From Mytilus californianus (lineage: Eukaryota), in the NCBI RefSeq assembly GCF_021869535.1, contig NW_026262679.1:95914001-95978000 (forward strand): a DNA stretch of 64,000 nucleotides, written 5' to 3'. Of this stretch, positions 59,991 to 64,000 are shown piece by piece. A program made the position numbers and the translations under genes. The notes below the pieces were generated by a model, which was not told where the DNA came from, did no database searches, and saw nothing but the letters and a program-made list of their open reading frames with translations. Position 1 is the first letter of the stretch, and each line of letters starts with the position of its first letter.

Positions 59991-61874
59991 TTCTTCTTAT
60001 ACATTTCATATGAAAAATCCAGAGAATCATTTTCCTTCAATTTTTTTTTTTCATCATCAAATATGCTGCTATCTCAAAAAAAAAAGATCATCTATCATTT
60101 TTTCATATCTTTGATGTATTAAACATAATGTATTTTTTTTAAAGACTTCATTTATGAAAGTTCATTTAGTTTTAGCAGCAAACATCATTCTCAATTTTAT
60201 CCATAACATGTTCTTCCCCCATTTTGGCCATGGATGTTGTCTGTTTTTATTGGACTTGATTTTTTATTGACATCTCGGTATCTTCTTTCATCCTTTAGCT
60301 TGAAGTTTTAATCGTCAATTTTGACAGAATTCTTTAATTTGTGAAAGCATTGTCATTTTCTCAGAGTAAAAGATAGAAGATTAGCACAAAAAAAAGTAGA
60401 ATAGCAATAACAAAATTTTAACAAAAGTGCACGTGTTTGATAATATAGTCATTAAACTGTGGTAACGACGAGTTAAATGCAAGGTATGCGTTAACCTGTA
60501 GTAACAAATATGGACGTGTTTGATGATACTCATTCAATAAAAGAGAGGCGGAAGATACAATTGGGATATTCAAACTCATAAGTCGAAGACAAACTGACAA
60601 CACCATAGCGAAAAATGAAAAAAAAAACAAAAAAACAAACAACAGTTTACAAAACACAATATATAAAACCAAAGACCGAGCAACACAAGCCCCACAAAAA
60701 AATCGGGGGTGATCTCATGTGCTCCAGGTGGGTAAGCAAATCTTGCCTCACATGTTTAAAGATACTTCAGTCATTAATCTGTAGTAATTAAAGTGGGCCT
60801 GTTTAATGGACAATTTTCGTTAAGCTGTAGTAACAAAGATGGATGTACTTTATGATACCTAGTCTCTGACCTGTAATAAGAAAGGTAGACGTGTTTGAGT
60901 TTACAACCCGACCGTGCGAGGGCTGTATAGCCAGTCAAGGTCGTTAAAAACTTCCATCATCAGTTTACAAAGTCATTTACCAGTGGCAGCCAAGATGGAC
61001 GTATTAAAGATTCGTCATTTACCCGTCGTCGCAAAGGTGGTCGCGTTTAGTTATACATAGTCATTAACTTGTGGTATCAAAGATGGACTTAGTCATTAAC
61101 AAGTTATAAAAGTGGTTGACGTGTATGGTGATAATCAGTCATTTTATACTAGATTTCATATCAACAGCCATGGAAGTATTTCCTCTCCAAAGCCTGATAA
61201 ACATTGACCATTTATAGGATATAAGATTTTTTTAAAATTAATTCAAATCATCTGATATCTTTAAATAACAGTGGTGGCATCTATCTAGTAGATCTTATAT
61301 GTAATCACAATTCGTAAACCTTTTTTTCTTCAAATTGAAGATTTGAGTTATCATTAAAAATTTATGGTTTGGTGAACTTTAGAAATATGACATGATGTTG
61401 CTACAAGCATACATATAAATAAGAAAAACTTTAATACTGAACAGATTAGTAAAGAGTTGACCTTTTGAAAATGGCCCTCGTGTGATATAAATCCAGGGAA
61501 ATTGCCCCCAACTCTTACTTAATGTAAGTGCATTTGTGGGACCTACAAAGCATTTGCAGTACGTTTGTTAAGGAGCATCCATTTGGTTTTACACAGAAAG
61601 TCTCGGTGGTGATATTGATTCCAAGATTCCAAGATATCATATTAATTGCAACTAAAATGATTGTCATTCCACATGAGAGGTTTGATGCGTTGTAAAACCT
61701 GGTTTTAAACAAGTTGAGCCACTGTTATAAGAATGTGCTTGTAACACGTGTTCACTGAAGTCAATGACCAGTTATTCACGCGAAAATTGGTTGAACAGAT
61801 CCCCCCCCCCCCCCCCAAAAAAAAAAAAAAGTATATATGTACAATGATTTTTAACAACAGGCCTTGAACTATAT

Positions 61875-61982
61875 TACTTATTATTATATGTTTACCTTTT
61901 CTTCATTGAATATTTTTAATGTGGTATACTTATTATTATATGTTTACCTTTTCTTCAGTGAATGTTTTTAATGTGGTATACT
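61875..61982. repeat. 52-bp tandem duplication
   Basis: TACTTATTATTATATGTTTACCTTTTCTTCA(T/G)TGAAT(A/G)TTTTTAATGTGGTA, two copies. Confidence 0.93.
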
Positions 61983-64000
61983 GTTGTCAGTAGTTAGTTG
62001 TGTTTTGATTTTCTTATAAACGAATTTATAAGCACTTTCTGGTTTGATTTGTACTGTGCATTTCTAAATATAGATTTTGTTTAACCACTGATCACGAAAA
62101 CAGTGTGCTTGATACACGTGTTTATGCGCATATCTCAAAACGGGGATGATAGATGCCTCTACTTTGGACTTCTACAAGATCCCTGCTGAATTATTTAAAA
62201 ACCCTATCTAGAAGGAGCAATTTAATCCAGGAACCTGGCATGCGGTGTATAGTATCCAAAAAGTCTGAGAGTTATATGTTTAATATTTATACGTTTGATG
62301 TGATAGAACTCCTACTTACATGTACATGAATCAGGACTTGTATACACACATGTTTTTCTCAATAACAAGTAAAATACAAATGTAATTTAATACAACTAAT
62401 ATAGTCATGAAGTATCGATATACATTCGATAAATTTACGTTTTGATTATCGATGGTGTCACAGGTTGAAAAAAAGTAGACCGGTTATCATAATATGAAAG
62501 TCGGAAAAGACACAAATAAAAATAAACAACCCAATATTTATCATGTGTTAAGTTGACCGAATTTGAATATCGGAATATAAATTTACCTTTATTTGGCATG
62601 AAACATGCAAACCATCATGATTATGCATTGATACACCAATATATAAGCAGAAGGAACGCAACAACGAATCTTGCAAATAAAAAAAACCAATTGGACTTCC
62701 GAAATAAAATTAATTGAAAATTAATAAAAAAAAAATGTACAGACCTGTTCAGAAGTCGGCGGTTTGTTAAATTTGTAATGTGAGGTATTTTTCCATCAAC
62801 TCGATTTTCCAAATCACATATTCCTGAAAAAACAACATAAATTTAACAGTAAACATATCTGGATATTGTTGTTGAAAACATATGCTATCACATAATTCAA
62901 ATTGTCAAAATACTTGACATGTGTGCAAACAAATTTATAAGCATGCACAACCATGGACCTTCGAAACAGTTTGATTAAAACCAGTGCTTTGTGTCACAAT
63001 TCGTGTTGTATAGGTTTGTGTTTATTCAAACAGATCGAGTTCTGACATTTTTAAGTATATTCATTTTCTGCATTTTATATATATTTTTCAATGTATATAA
63101 AGTTTATATAACCCAAGAAAACTTTACTATAGTACATTATATTCTTTAGTTTTCTATGTTGTGTTTTGTGTACTGTTGTTTGTCTGCTGGTCTTTTTCTG
63201 TTTAGCCATGGCGTTGTCAGTTTATTTTCGACTTATGAGTTTGAATGTCACTTTGGTATCTTTCGCCTCTCTTTTATGACAATAGATTTTAAAAAAAAAA
63301 TCTATACAAATAAATCTTATTTTTTTTTAATGTTTCACGACATCAACAGAATTCTTTTCAATACGGTTTCAACAGTCAATTTAATCCTCAGAAGACTTAA
63401 CCTTATAATTCTTTATTTCATGAATACATTTATTAGCTGATTTAAGGTAGTACTATGATGATCGCAATAAATAGATAAATTATTATCTTACATTGTACCT
63501 ATTATTCATGGTTAAATTTGTTCTGTCATTGCAATTTGATAATATTCATCAAAATGTCTTTCATCGTCCTTTTATTAAATTATGTTATATTACATTTCAC
63601 TTTGACTAAAAGACAAGTCTCATTAAAGTTCTAAGATCGCCTTTCATAAGAGGAGTATTGCGATCATTTTCTTTATTCTTATTGCTTTACCAATAGTCAT
63701 TACGGAAAACAAATTATTTCTTCTTCTTTGTTACTTGAATAGTCCTTTGTCATTTCCAACTTATTGGCAGTTTTAGCGTTAATAGAATAGTTATAGCGTT
63801 AATTGAATAAAAATTAAAATACGTAAAGGAAAATGGAAAGTGTAGACCTTATAGAAACGACGCTAACTGGCCATTGTCCGCAATGTCAAGAATTTTTACA
63901 GTAATCATTGTTGTCCCCATGTTACAATGAGTTATAATTAAGATAATCATAGTTTTTGAGTAAGAATATTAGAAAACTAATTATTTTATGTCATCTATCC

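Overview
Very AT-rich eukaryotic genomic DNA. The repeat families suggest a bivalve, most likely a mussel (Mytilus); this is inferred from recalled repeats, not from a search. Two host genes are supported. The first is a complete 3-exon, 210-aa secreted VMO1-family (beta-prism I) gene on + (24649-26853). The second is one very large coding exon of an ankyrin-repeat protein on - (39951-38566), which ends at a GTAAGT donor and whose downstream exons I could not locate. The rest is a mosaic of decayed Penelope-like retroelements (probably Naiad type) and their 3' tails, non-autonomous DNA transposons with visible TIRs and TSDs (Harbinger-like, P-like, Kolobok-like with a THAP remnant, unclassified), a tRNA-derived SINE, Helentron/HINE-like pieces and about ten minisatellites. 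The most interesting lead is a 2.7-kb Naiad-like relic (28625-31320, -). It has in-frame TGA codons where the family normally has Cys and a SECIS-like motif just after its stop codon, so it may descend from a selenoprotein-encoding retrotransposon. Most ORFs in the supplied track are repeat or low-complexity artefacts. There is no CRISPR array, rRNA gene or true tRNA gene.
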